Assembly: GCA_001779235.1 (NCBI GenBank)
Contig: MFJN01000009.1
Span: 1-40,368 of the forward strand
Source: Candidatus Gottesmanbacteria bacterium RIFCSPHIGHO2_02_FULL_40_13
Lineage (GTDB): Bacteria > Patescibacteriota > Microgenomatia > 2-02-FULL-39-11
DNA length: 40,368 nucleotides
Direction of reading: 5' to 3'
In this document: positions 25,426 to 33,825 of the stretch, one piece after another
Layout: each line of letters starts with the position of its first letter
How positions within the stretch are numbered: position 1 is the first letter of the stretch
Program-made: the position numbers and the translations under genes
The notes under the pieces: model-generated
Databases searched by the model: none
Told to the model about the DNA's origin: nothing
What the model saw: only the letters and a program-made list of their open reading frames with translations

Positions 25426-26880
25426 GTGAATAATATCAGGGTACGTATAGCTCCGTCTCCGACAGGGGAAGATTTGCATATAGGCAATGTTTATACAGCA
25501 CTTCTTAATTTCATCTTTGCATGCAAATATCACGGAAAGTTCATCGTCAGAATAGAGGATACAGATAGGACAAGATTGGTTCAGGGATCTATGGCGAGGA
25601 TATTGAAAACACTGCACTGGTTTGGTTTGAATTATGATGAAGGGCCCGATATCGGCGGCCCTTATGGACCTTATATTCAGTCAGAACGCCTGGACCTTTA
25701 CAAGCACCATGCTGAAGAATTGGTGAGGAAAGGATTTGCCTATTATTGTTACTGTACACCGGGTGATTTGGAACAAATGCGGCAGGAGCAGATAGCAGCC
25801 GGAAAGCCGACGCTTTACGACGGCAGATGCAAACAAGACAAAGAACAAAGAACAGAAAACCCACCTTCGTTAAAGCTACGACGGGCAAGCAGAGAACAAA
25901 AATATGTTATTAGATTAAATGTTCCGGATGACGGCACTACAGAGTTTAATGATCTGATTCGGGGGAAAGTCAGTTTTCAAAATAGGCTCATCGACGACCA
26001 GGTATTGTTAAAATCCGACGGCTTTCCCACTTATCATCTGGCGGTAGTTGTGGATGATTGTGCTATGAAAATAACCCACGTCATCAGAGCGGAAGATTGG
26101 TTGTCCTCAACACCCAAGCATATCCTGATTTATAAATATTTAGGATTTGAACTTCCGGTTTTTGCTCATACCCCGATCTTGAGAAACCCAGACCGCAGTA
26201 AGCTATCCAAAAGAAAAAACCCTGTATGGATTTCCTGGTATAAAAGTCAGGGATATTTGCCTGAAGCTATTTTAAACCATCTTGCTTTAATGGGTTGGTC
26301 CATGCCTGAGAACTGGAGTGGTAAAACTAATGGTGTGGAAATATTCACGATCGATGAGATGATTAAATATTTCGAGTTAAAGGATGTGAAGACAGTCGGT
26401 CCGGCTTTTGATTTGAAGAAACTGGATTGGATAAACGGTGAATATATCAGAATGACTAATAACTCAAAACTTACAACCCAAATCTATGAATTTTATGATA
26501 AAAAATATCCTCTCGAGCTGATTACCAGGACGACTCCTTTAATTAAAGAACGGATAAAAAAACTATCGGACTATTTTATACTTTGTCAATTTTTCTTTGA
26601 GGCACCGAAGGAATACGAAATACCTCTTTCGGATAAATTATCTCTGGTGAAAGATATTGTTAATAGTTTAAAAATGCTGAATACGTGGAAAGCAGATAAA
26701 ATTGGTGAAAATATGCTGAACTTGGCAACGAGCCTGAATATAAAAAACAGCGAGTTTTTTATGATTTTAAGGGTTGCTATCACAGGCAAAAAAATTTCAC
26801 CCCCCCTTAATGAATCCATGGAAATACTTGGTAAAAAAGAGGTAATAGACCGTCTTAATAATCTAACTTTATCCAAATAA
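25426..26880 (+). CDS. gltX: Glutamyl-tRNA synthetase
   Basis: RIAPSPTGEDLHIGN (HIGH) and KLSKRK (KMSKS). GTG start with AAGGAG 5 nt upstream. Confidence 0.93.
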   Translation: MNNIRVRIAPSPTGEDLHIGNVYTALLNFIFACKYHGKFIVRIEDTDRTRLVQGSMARILKTLHWFGLNYDEGPDIGGPYGPYIQSERLDLYKHHAEELVRKGFAYYCYCTPGDLEQMRQEQIAAGKPTLYDGRCKQDKEQRTENPPSLKLRRASREQKYVIRLNVPDDGTTEFNDLIRGKVSFQNRLIDDQVLLKSDGFPTYHLAVVVDDCAMKITHVIRAEDWLSSTPKHILIYKYLGFELPVFAHTPILRNPDRSKLSKRKNPVWISWYKSQGYLPEAILNHLALMGWSMPENWSGKTNGVEIFTIDEMIKYFELKDVKTVGPAFDLKKLDWINGEYIRMTNNSKLTTQIYEFYDKKYPLELITRTTPLIKERIKKLSDYFILCQFFFEAPKEYEIPLSDKLSLVKDIVNSLKMLNTWKADKIGENMLNLATSLNIKNSEFFMILRVAITGKKISPPLNESMEILGKKEVIDRLNNLTLSK

Positions 26881-26942
26881 CACCTATTCAAGCGATAGGG
26901 CGAAGTCACTAATTATCTTATCAAAGAATATTGTAGGTCTTC

Positions 26943-26999
26943 GCCACAAAGGGCCGTATTCATAAATAACGTAAACGTTATTTATGAACGAGCCCATAG
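26943..26999 (+). repeat. Intercistronic hairpin element, family 2, copy 1 (gltX-rdgB spacer)
   Basis: GCCACAAAGGGCCGTATTC + perfect 14-bp-arm palindrome (26959-26988, TTCATAAATAACGT-AA-ACGTTATTTATGAA) + GAACGAGCCCATAG. The flanks match the copy at 40037-40088 on the opposite strand. Confidence 0.5.
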
Positions 27000-27015
27000 C
27001 ATATATTTGTGCTGT

Positions 27016-27678
27016 ATGAAAGAATTGATTATAGCAACGAGTAATTCAGGAAAGATTAGAGAAATAAAAGACATTCTGGTTGATATTCCTTTGGAAATTA
27101 AATCATTAAGTGATATTGGATTGGATGTTGATGTAGAAGAAAACGGAAAAACCTTTGAAGAAAATGCAATACTTAAAGCAAAAACTATTGGAGAAAAAAC
27201 AGGATTGTTGACACTTGCCGATGATTCCGGATTAGAAGTAGATGCGCTTGGAGGAAAACCAGGAGTAAATTCTGCAAGATATGCAGAGGGAACTGACTTG
27301 GACCGCATAAATAAGTTACTTAAGGAACTTAAAGATATTCTGAAAGAGAAACGAGCAGCTAGATTCAGATGTGTGATTGCTTTATATATTCCTCTAAGTC
27401 ATCCTGAGTCCCGATTCGATCGGGACGAAGGATCACTTATTAGCAGCGTTCAGAATGACAATGTTGAGAAAATTGTCACCTTTAAAGGAGTAAGTGAAGG
27501 TTATATAACAGAAAAGCCAGTTGGTTCAAACGGATTCGGTTATGATCCTGTTTTTTATCTTCCCGAACTTGGTAAAACCAGTGCACAGCTGACCTTAAAA
27601 GAAAAAAATAGAGTGAGCCACAGGTCAAAAGCGCTTATCAAATGCCGGGATTTCTTGACAAATTATAATTCCTTATAA
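27016..27678 (+). CDS. rdgB: Non-canonical purine NTP pyrophosphatase (RdgB/HAM1) carrying an in-frame repeat insertion
   Basis: IIATSNSGKIREI, ADDSGLEVDALGGKPGVNSARY, ARFRCVIAL, GFGYDPVF, SHRSKA. Start taken at MKELII (27016). Confidence 0.88.
   Translation: MKELIIATSNSGKIREIKDILVDIPLEIKSLSDIGLDVDVEENGKTFEENAILKAKTIGEKTGLLTLADDSGLEVDALGGKPGVNSARYAEGTDLDRINKLLKELKDILKEKRAARFRCVIALYIPLSHPESRFDRDEGSLISSVQNDNVEKIVTFKGVSEGYITEKPVGSNGFGYDPVFYLPELGKTSAQLTLKEKNRVSHRSKALIKCRDFLTNYNSL
27398..27459. repeat. GC-rich palindromic repeat copy inserted in-frame in rdgB
   Basis: GTCATCCTGAG-TCCCGATTCGATCGGGA-...-CGTTCAGAATGAC. The terminal arms are inverted repeats. Encodes SHPESRFDRDEGSLISSVQND between conserved RdgB blocks. 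Confidence 0.6.
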
Positions 27679-28533
27679 ACTTTCGTGCCAATGGGGGTTT
27701 GATTCCACCAATAATTCCAGAAAGACACTCTTACTGGTTGCGGTTTGCAGTTCTTTTCTGGCTGCCATGCCGATTTCTTTTACCATCCTCCCTTTTTCGC
27801 CGATTATCATACTTTTGTACTTCTGATCATTGGTGATAATCCGTGCTTTGATATACAGCGTCTTTTCATTTTTTGTGGTAATTTCATCAACAACACATGT
27901 TAAAGTATAAGGCACTTCTTTGCGTAAAAATAAAAATGCTTTTTCCCTGATAATTTCTGCAATAAACATCTTACTATCCACATTGAGAAGAGGGGTGGCA
28001 GGATTAGCATCTGTTATAATTTTTTCGTGAACGGGCAGTAAAGCGAAAATCTTATCCAACAGCAGGTTTAAATTTGTTTTATACAATCCGGATATTTGTA
28101 CACAGTCATCAAACTCTTCTTCCATAAATTTATAATGGGGAAAAAAGGTGGGTTTTTTTACATCAATTTTATTGACAGCCATTATCTTACGGGTTTTCAC
28201 TCTTCGTACTAAACCCAGAATTTTATTCTCTTCAAAATTCCGGTCTCTGGTATGATCAACAAGATACACCACAACAGCAGGTTTAGCATTTAATGTATTT
28301 TCCGCCTGAGGATTAATACGGGCAGAAACCGGATCCTTAACTTTGCCAAAAACACCGGGAGTGTCGATAAAAATTATCTGTCCGCGGTCATCTTCATAAA
28401 GAGCCTGTATTGAAAATCTGGTAGTCTGGGGTTTGGGAGATGTAATTGATACTTTATTTCCCAGTATATTATTTAACAGTGTTGATTTACCGCTGTTGGG
28501 CCTGCCTACAATTGCTACGTATCCTGCTTTCAT
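27673..28533 (-). CDS. era: GTPase Era
   Basis: G1 GRPNSGKST, G3 DTPG, G4 NKID, and a C-terminal KH domain (IIGEKGRMVKEIG). 6-nt convergent overlap with rdgB. Confidence 0.93.
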   Translation of the reverse strand: MKAGYVAIVGRPNSGKSTLLNNILGNKVSITSPKPQTTRFSIQALYEDDRGQIIFIDTPGVFGKVKDPVSARINPQAENTLNAKPAVVVYLVDHTRDRNFEENKILGLVRRVKTRKIMAVNKIDVKKPTFFPHYKFMEEEFDDCVQISGLYKTNLNLLLDKIFALLPVHEKIITDANPATPLLNVDSKMFIAEIIREKAFLFLRKEVPYTLTCVVDEITTKNEKTLYIKARIITNDQKYKSMIIGEKGRMVKEIGMAARKELQTATSKSVFLELLVESNPHWHESL

Positions 28534-28581
28534 AATGATTCTTATGTAATTATTCAGTTGTTACCAGTAAAGCCTGAAAAC

Positions 28582-28617
28582 CACCTCGGGGGTGGCCGAA
28601 TGGACTCCCCCGAGGTG
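28582..28617. repeat. Perfect 11-bp GC-rich hairpin in the era/membrane-protein divergent spacer
   Basis: CACCTCGGGGG-(14 nt, TGGCCGAATGGACT)-CCCCCGAGGTG. On the minus strand it is followed by GTTTTC. The loop contains a CCGAATGGAC arm-like sequence. Confidence 0.55.
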
Positions 28618-28695
28618 AAGAAATCGAAGCTGACATCGGGAAGAACTGAAATTACCTTCCATATCCTTGACAATTATACATCAGTAGCATAGGAT

Positions 28696-28953
28696 ATGAA
28701 TATTATGAAAAAGTGGTGGCAGAAATTTTACAGAAGTAATAAAGCCATGGTTTGGGCGGCAATAATTTCCGTAATTTTAACGATCGGAATATTAATTAAA
28801 GTTCCTGATGAAGTGACACGTTTCACTTTGATTATGCCGATTTTTGCAGGTTTTATACTTTTTTCCATCCTGATTACTCCAGACGAAGAGCTGGATGGCG
28901 ATTTTGTCAAAAACGAAGAATCCAAAAAAGCTCCTCTCAAAAAGAAAATCTAA
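28696..28953 (+). CDS. Small hypothetical membrane protein (2 TM)
   Basis: 85-aa ORF with two hydrophobic segments. TTGACA-17-TAGGAT lies immediately upstream. The true start may be the second ATG at 28705. Confidence 0.45.
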   Translation: MNIMKKWWQKFYRSNKAMVWAAIISVILTIGILIKVPDEVTRFTLIMPIFAGFILFSILITPDEELDGDFVKNEESKKAPLKKKI

Positions 28954-28956
28954 AAT

Positions 28957-29712
28957 ATGCCCCTGAATTTTTCCGGATCGATTTTATTGTTATCCAGTTT
29001 CCTGCTGGGGTTGCGTCACGGTATAGATTGGGATCACATCGCGGCAATCTCTGATATTTCAGGTTCCTGCGACAGCAGGAGGCAGGGAATTATTTTTGGA
29101 TCAGTTTACGCTTTGGGACATGCGGCCGTGATCATAATTATAGGTTTGCTGTCTGTTATGATCGGTATAAATCTGCCAAGCTGGGTAGATAGAATAATGG
29201 AGCCAATTGTAGGTTTAACCTTAATATTACTTAGTATTTGGCTTTTTGTAAGCATTTACCTGCATGGCAGGAATTTTAAAATAAAAAGCCGATGGATGAT
29301 TCTCTTTACATTTCTCCGGAAAATTTATATCTATTTCCATAATAAAATCAACCATCATCATAAAAAAGAAATGGTATTTTATGATTATCCCTATGGTTTA
29401 GGAATGGCCTTTTTGATCGGAATTATTCACGGTATTGGAGCGGAAACCCCCTCACAGGTATTACTTTTTATTACAGCAGCAGGAATTGGCGGAGAGTTAA
29501 TCGGAGCTGTTTTTGTAACTGTATTTGTTTTTGGGTTATTAATCTCCAATTCCGTTATCACACTTGTTATCAGTTATGGTTATTTAAATAAAAATAATAA
29601 TTCCAACTTCAGACTAGTCCTGGGTACTTTAACTGCTGTTTTTAGTTTTTTTATCGGGATTTTATTTCTCTTCGGTAAGGTTTTTTATTTACCTGTTTTG
29701 TTGGGAGGATAA
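28957..29712 (+). CDS. NiCoT-like (HoxN/NixA-related) nickel/cobalt-type metal transporter, short form
   Basis: GLRHGIDWDHIAAISD matches the NiCoT HX4DH signature. The second half has IHGIGAETPSQV (GxDTxxE-like). Multi-TM. Confidence 0.6.
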   Translation: MPLNFSGSILLLSSFLLGLRHGIDWDHIAAISDISGSCDSRRQGIIFGSVYALGHAAVIIIIGLLSVMIGINLPSWVDRIMEPIVGLTLILLSIWLFVSIYLHGRNFKIKSRWMILFTFLRKIYIYFHNKINHHHKKEMVFYDYPYGLGMAFLIGIIHGIGAETPSQVLLFITAAGIGGELIGAVFVTVFVFGLLISNSVITLVISYGYLNKNNNSNFRLVLGTLTAVFSFFIGILFLFGKVFYLPVLLGG

Positions 29713-30456
29713 ACTGGTGACACTGCTCAGTAAATTTACCAGAAGTAGAGTAGAAAGAAACAAATCAGGGCCAAATATTCTAAGAGTCATAAAAATTATA
29801 TAGACCGCGAGCATCATTAGTGGAGAACCGTATTTCCAGAAGCGGAATATTTTTGTTGTCATGGGTTCGGTCAACATTACGAAGGCGAAAAAAAGGAGTG
29901 ATCCGTCAGACATCAGAAGAAACGCAGGTTGAAGGCCGGTTGTAAGAATCAGATAAATAAATATCCCTCCCAAAAAAATTAGTGGTATATGAAGTCTTCG
30001 CAGCCGATTTAAAACAGGTAAGAGGAAGATAAGGGGCAAGGCATAAATATTTACGGTAATTACTGACCACCAGGAGATTGATGATTGGAATAAAACAGAG
30101 GAAACAAACAAACCGAACGCCGCAGGATTGAAGATATGATTCCCTTTTATCCTGATAAAATGTTTGGAGAAAAACGCCGCAAAAACTGCAGAATACAGGT
30201 GAAATAGACCTTGGGTATCATCGAGAATAAGGCTAATTATTAATCCTGAAAGAAATGCCGAAAAAGGCAGATAAACTCTTTTTGTTCTGATAAACGTATA
30301 AATTACATCCAAGACTGAAAAAAGAAACGCACCGAGTAACGGATAAAGAATCATGTTGAAATTCGGTCTGAAAAATAGATTCAGAAACCAAATCAAAAGA
30401 AGCACGAGGCTCACCTGAAACCTGACATCCCTGAAAATTATTTTTCCTGAAATCAT
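29689..30456 (-). CDS. Polytopic membrane protein, RnfD/NqrB-like (weak)
   Basis: HIFNPAAFG and FAFVMLTEPMTT resemble the NQR2/RnfD/RnfE family motifs. 255 aa, about 8 TM. No other rnf/nqr genes nearby. Confidence 0.4.
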   Translation of the reverse strand: MISGKIIFRDVRFQVSLVLLLIWFLNLFFRPNFNMILYPLLGAFLFSVLDVIYTFIRTKRVYLPFSAFLSGLIISLILDDTQGLFHLYSAVFAAFFSKHFIRIKGNHIFNPAAFGLFVSSVLFQSSISWWSVITVNIYALPLIFLLPVLNRLRRLHIPLIFLGGIFIYLILTTGLQPAFLLMSDGSLLFFAFVMLTEPMTTKIFRFWKYGSPLMMLAVYIIFMTLRIFGPDLFLSTLLLVNLLSSVTSLSSQQNR

Positions 30457-30490
30457 GTTATTATTTTAACAGAATGAGTGAAAATACTAT

Positions 30491-30808
30491 ATGAAAATAA
30501 TCAGATTAAAAGCAGTTAAAGCTGATAATTTTTGGGATAAGTGTGTCGGTTTAATTGGAAAAGACGAAAATACTTGCCTTTATCTGGAAACCAGATTCGG
30601 TTTGCATACATTCGGTATGCGCCATATAATAGATATTTTAATTTTGGATAAAAAAGACATTGTCAGTAAAATAAAAATAAGCCTGTCCCCAAACAGATTT
30701 TTTTTCTGGAAACCGGTTTATTATAAAGTACTAGAGTTGCCTTCAGGTTTAGTCAGTAAGAAAAGTATTCAGTTCGGAGATAGAATTAATCTAAAGTTTC
30801 TTCATTAA
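30491..30808 (+). CDS. DUF192-family protein
   Basis: 105 aa. GLIGK...LYLETRFGLHTFGMRHIIDILILDKKDIV fits the DUF192 pattern by recall. Confidence 0.55.
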   Translation: MKIIRLKAVKADNFWDKCVGLIGKDENTCLYLETRFGLHTFGMRHIIDILILDKKDIVSKIKISLSPNRFFFWKPVYYKVLELPSGLVSKKSIQFGDRINLKFLH

Positions 30809-30853
30809 TAATTTAATTAAGTAAAAGTTAGATTAATTGATATAATATAATTT

Positions 30854-31822
30854 ATGTATATCCTACAAATACTGCAGTTTATAGGTATTATCTTTTTTTC
30901 CTTTGTACTTATAAAAGCAACTGATATTATTGTTGTTCACCTTAGGTCAATTGCTCGCAAAACAAATCTGGGAAGTTTTTATCTCACGGCAATAATTATC
31001 GGAATGGCTACCTCGCTCCCGGAATTATTTGTAGGAATTACATCTGCATTGGAAAATCAGCCAAATCTATCTTTAGGTAATGTGATCGGGTCAAATATTG
31101 CTGATATATCGCTGATCGTCGGTTTGGCTGCAGTTATAAGCGGATCATTAAAAATAAAAAACCATGACATCGAAGTAAAAGATCTATTGCATGCGTTCAT
31201 AGCCGGAATAATACCTTTTCTTCTTCTGCTGGATAAAACCCTGTCCAGAGTCGACGGTCTAATACTCCTCTCAATGTACGGATTTTATAATTATCTGATA
31301 TTAAACAAACGACACAGATATTTCGATGATGAAAACGGGTTTATCATCGGGTTTCTTAGAAGAATTCATCACAATCACGTCGCCAAAGATTTTATGTATA
31401 CCTTTCTGGGAATTGCGGTTATTCTGTTTAGCTCAGATATGATTGTCAGACTCGGTGCTTCATTCGCAGGGAATATGGGCATACCTATAATTTTAGTGGG
31501 ATTATTTATAGTTGCGGTCGGAACTTCTCTTCCTGAACTGGCCTTCGGAATTGAGGCGATAAAGAAAAAAGAATCGGAAATGTTTTTAGGGAATTTACTC
31601 GGTTCACTTGTGGCAAACGGAACGTTTATAATCGGTATAACTGCACTGTTAAACCCTATTACCGTTCAGGCCATATCTGAATATTACATAGCGATATTTA
31701 CTTTTATAGTTACTTTTGTAATGTTTTTTATATTCATACGTACCAAACACAGTCTTGAAAGATGGGAAGGAATTCTGCTCATCGCAGCCTATCTGATGTT
31801 TTTAATGATTGAATTTTTTTAA
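30854..31822 (+). CDS. Ca2+/Na+ antiporter (CaCA/YrbG family)
   Basis: Two alpha-repeats: ATSLPELFVGITSA...GNVIGSNIADISL and GTSLPELAFGIEA...GNLLGSLVANGTF. About 10 TM. Confidence 0.85.
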   Translation: MYILQILQFIGIIFFSFVLIKATDIIVVHLRSIARKTNLGSFYLTAIIIGMATSLPELFVGITSALENQPNLSLGNVIGSNIADISLIVGLAAVISGSLKIKNHDIEVKDLLHAFIAGIIPFLLLLDKTLSRVDGLILLSMYGFYNYLILNKRHRYFDDENGFIIGFLRRIHHNHVAKDFMYTFLGIAVILFSSDMIVRLGASFAGNMGIPIILVGLFIVAVGTSLPELAFGIEAIKKKESEMFLGNLLGSLVANGTFIIGITALLNPITVQAISEYYIAIFTFIVTFVMFFIFIRTKHSLERWEGILLIAAYLMFLMIEFF

Positions 31823-32027
31823 ACGAAAAATTTAATAGACACTTTCAGTAATCCAAATTAAATTACCCCACCCGTATTGTATATAGAGAGTTTTTTTAAG
31901 ATAAAAAAACTTTTCCTTATAATTAATTAAATTAACTCTAGATTTTAGAAGTGTTATATTTTGATTACGAGCGAAGATAATCAGTCAGATCTTAAATCAC
32001 CTTAAACGACCGTACCGGTTCTTCTCT

Positions 32028-32053
32028 GTTATCATGTTCTAGAACATGATAAC
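32028..32053. promoter_or_regulatory. Perfect 26-nt palindrome immediately 3' of the TrpR/YerC-like gene (second copy of its putative operator)
   Basis: GTTATCATGTTCT|AGAACATGATAAC. Shares the 22-nt string ATGTTCTAGAACATGATAACAT with 32513-32534. Confidence 0.5.
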
Positions 32054-32056
32054 ATT

Positions 32057-32500
32057 TTAGAATGCCTTTTGGTTACGCTTTTTTTCCTCCCACCGATCCT
32101 TGCGCCACTTTCTCCAATCACGTCCTTTAGGAGGAAAGACATCGTTGATAAAATCATCAATCTTCTGAACGAACTCATTAAGTTTTTCATTCCTCATGAT
32201 GTTTCCCGCAACCATCCGATAACCTCCTTTTCCGCTTCTCATGCTTCTACTAACTTTACTCACAGTTTCCAAACCTACTTTTAGAGTTTTAGAAATAGTC
32301 CTTTGGTCATATTTTTTTGCCAGAAGAAAAGCTATAGATATTCTTTTTGCCAACATGGTTTTTTCAGTCGGTGATAATAAATCTTCTAACAAACTCGTAA
32401 CTTCACCTCTAGACCGTACCATTCCGATACTTTCAAGAAAAACTTCATATATTCTTTCTTCAATTTCTTTTCGTAATGGAAATTTGGAGATCTGCGTCAT
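32057..32500 (-). CDS. TrpR-like / YerC-YecD family DNA-binding protein
   Basis: LLSPTEKTMLAKRISIAFLLAKKYDQRTISKTLKVGLETVSKVSRSM matches the YerC/TrpR helix-turn-helix core. Confidence 0.8.
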   Translation of the reverse strand: MTQISKFPLRKEIEERIYEVFLESIGMVRSRGEVTSLLEDLLSPTEKTMLAKRISIAFLLAKKYDQRTISKTLKVGLETVSKVSRSMRSGKGGYRMVAGNIMRNEKLNEFVQKIDDFINDVFPPKGRDWRKWRKDRWEEKKRNQKAF

Positions 32501-32512
32501 ACTTATGTTTCG

Positions 32513-32534
32513 ATGTTCTAGAACATGATAACAT
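32513..32534. promoter_or_regulatory. Putative operator overlapping the TrpR/YerC-like gene promoter
   Basis: ATGTTCTAGAACAT palindrome (32513-32526) within the 22-nt repeat. On the minus strand, TTGTTT-17-TATCAT places the -10 box directly against the palindrome. Confidence 0.5.
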
Positions 32535-32620
32535 GAATATTATTTACAAACAATAATCCGCATAGAATCATCAGAAATGTTACCGTTAAGGATTTGGCAA
32601 AGAAACTGTTATTATGAGAA

Positions 32621-32699
32621 CCCCGACTTTATGTCGGTAGAGACTGTAATATCGATTAAATCGGGATTCCCGCGCTCACTTTCGTTTGTTCGGAATGAC
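32621..32699. repeat. Partial copy of the GC-rich palindromic repeat family (3' of the hydrolase gene)
   Basis: CCGAC-TTTAT-GTCGG hairpin, ATCGATTAAATCGGGA, and GATTCCCGCGCTCACTTTCGTTTGTTCGGAATGAC, which aligns with the second arm of the copA copy. Confidence 0.45.
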
Positions 32700-32786
32700 A
32701 GAAGGTGATAAACTCGTGATCTAATAACTATAGAGGAATAGATGATTGCGTTTAAAGATTGCACCAATAGCCTACAGAGTTTCTGA

Positions 32787-33659
32787 CTAGAGATCACTTA
32801 AAAAATCCAGGACACGTTTACTGAATTCATCCGGTTTTTCCTTGTGTATATCATGAGAAGTATTTGCCAACCAGATAATCTTTGGTTCATTAGCCAGTGA
32901 ATATAAATACTCTGCGTCTTTATAATCGACATCTTGATCATTTTTAGCGGCAAAAATCAGAACATGTGTTTTTATTTTAGAAATTAATTTTTCCGGATCG
33001 AAATCAGAATAGTGACTGCCAAGCTCGATCGCAGCGGCTATTTTGATTATTGGCAAAAACAACGGAACATATAAATGTTCTCTTGCGATCTGGAAAGAGA
33101 AAAGCTTGTTAAACGAGGCATAGGGGACTGAGGCAATGACAAAATCTCCCCGTTGAGTTTTTCCGGCGGTAATAATGGCAGTTGCCGCACCCATAGATAT
33201 TCCGAAATATCCTATTTTTTTATCTTTATTTTCCGGAAGTGTTTTCAAAAAATTATATGACGCTTCTACATCTTTCCATTCTCTGGTACCAAGATGCACT
33301 CTGGACCCCGTACTTTCACCGGTAGATCTTAAGTCCATTAGTAAAACAGAATATCCGTTTTTGGTTAAATAATTGGCATGAGGTAGCATGAGAGCTTTAC
33401 CGCCATTTTTATCGGTTAATCCGTGAATTAGTATAATTACCGCCTTGGAATTAATAACAGGTGTATACCATGCTGAAATAATTTCTCCGTCTGAAGTTTT
33501 GAAACTAACGCTTTTTTTATCAAGAGGATAATTATCTATTAATTTCTGATTTAAATTGGCGTGGATATAAATTGATTGTCTGAATTTCCACCAGGTATAC
33601 AAAAAGCAAAGCAATAATAAAATAATGAGTAATAAGAATAGAAAAAAAAGATACTTCAT
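32787..33659 (-). CDS. Alpha/beta-fold hydrolase with an N-terminal membrane anchor
   Basis: HG oxyanion motif (ILIHGL), nucleophile elbow GISMGA, distal D and H (SHDIH). Confidence 0.8.
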   Translation of the reverse strand: MKYLFFLFLLLIILLLLCFLYTWWKFRQSIYIHANLNQKLIDNYPLDKKSVSFKTSDGEIISAWYTPVINSKAVIILIHGLTDKNGGKALMLPHANYLTKNGYSVLLMDLRSTGESTGSRVHLGTREWKDVEASYNFLKTLPENKDKKIGYFGISMGAATAIITAGKTQRGDFVIASVPYASFNKLFSFQIAREHLYVPLFLPIIKIAAAIELGSHYSDFDPEKLISKIKTHVLIFAAKNDQDVDYKDAEYLYSLANEPKIIWLANTSHDIHKEKPDEFSKRVLDFLSDL

Positions 33660-33773
33660 TTTTAAGAACGATAATGAATAGTTTTATTGGGATAAACTCT
33701 TTTTATGTCAAACTGTTGCCAAACGCTAAGATATTTGGTACATGTGAAAATTATAACAAATAATAAGCTTGAA

Positions 33774-33802
33774 CAAAAAAATGCTCCCGGATGAGGGGAG
33801 CA
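33774..33802 (-). terminator. Intrinsic terminator at the end of the copper-cluster operon
   Basis: Minus strand: TGCTCCC-CTCATCC-GGGAGCA followed by TTTTTTTG. Lies 24 nt after the cupredoxin stop. Confidence 0.75.
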
Positions 33803-33825
33803 CTTTTAAAATTATTAGAGTTAAA

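Noticed and set aside
25841-25905. Possible third in-frame repeat insertion in gltX (…TENPPSLKLRRASREQ…)
   Set aside because: The peptide resembles repeat-derived strings seen in metagenomic proteins. But the DNA shows no inverted-repeat arms or similarity to the other copies here, and this GltX loop varies in length. It cannot be supported without an alignment.
31888-31912. A/T-only hairpin (AGTTTTTTT-AAGAT-AAAAAAACT) between the convergent antiporter and TrpR-like genes as a defined terminator
   Set aside because: It could act bidirectionally, but a stem made purely of A-T pairs is too weak to call with confidence. It is noted only as a possibility.
31964-31985. GATTACGAGCGAAGATAATC as another repeat-family copy
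   Set aside because: Only about 14 nt resemble the GAGCGAAG…AATC arm. That is too short and degenerate to separate from chance.
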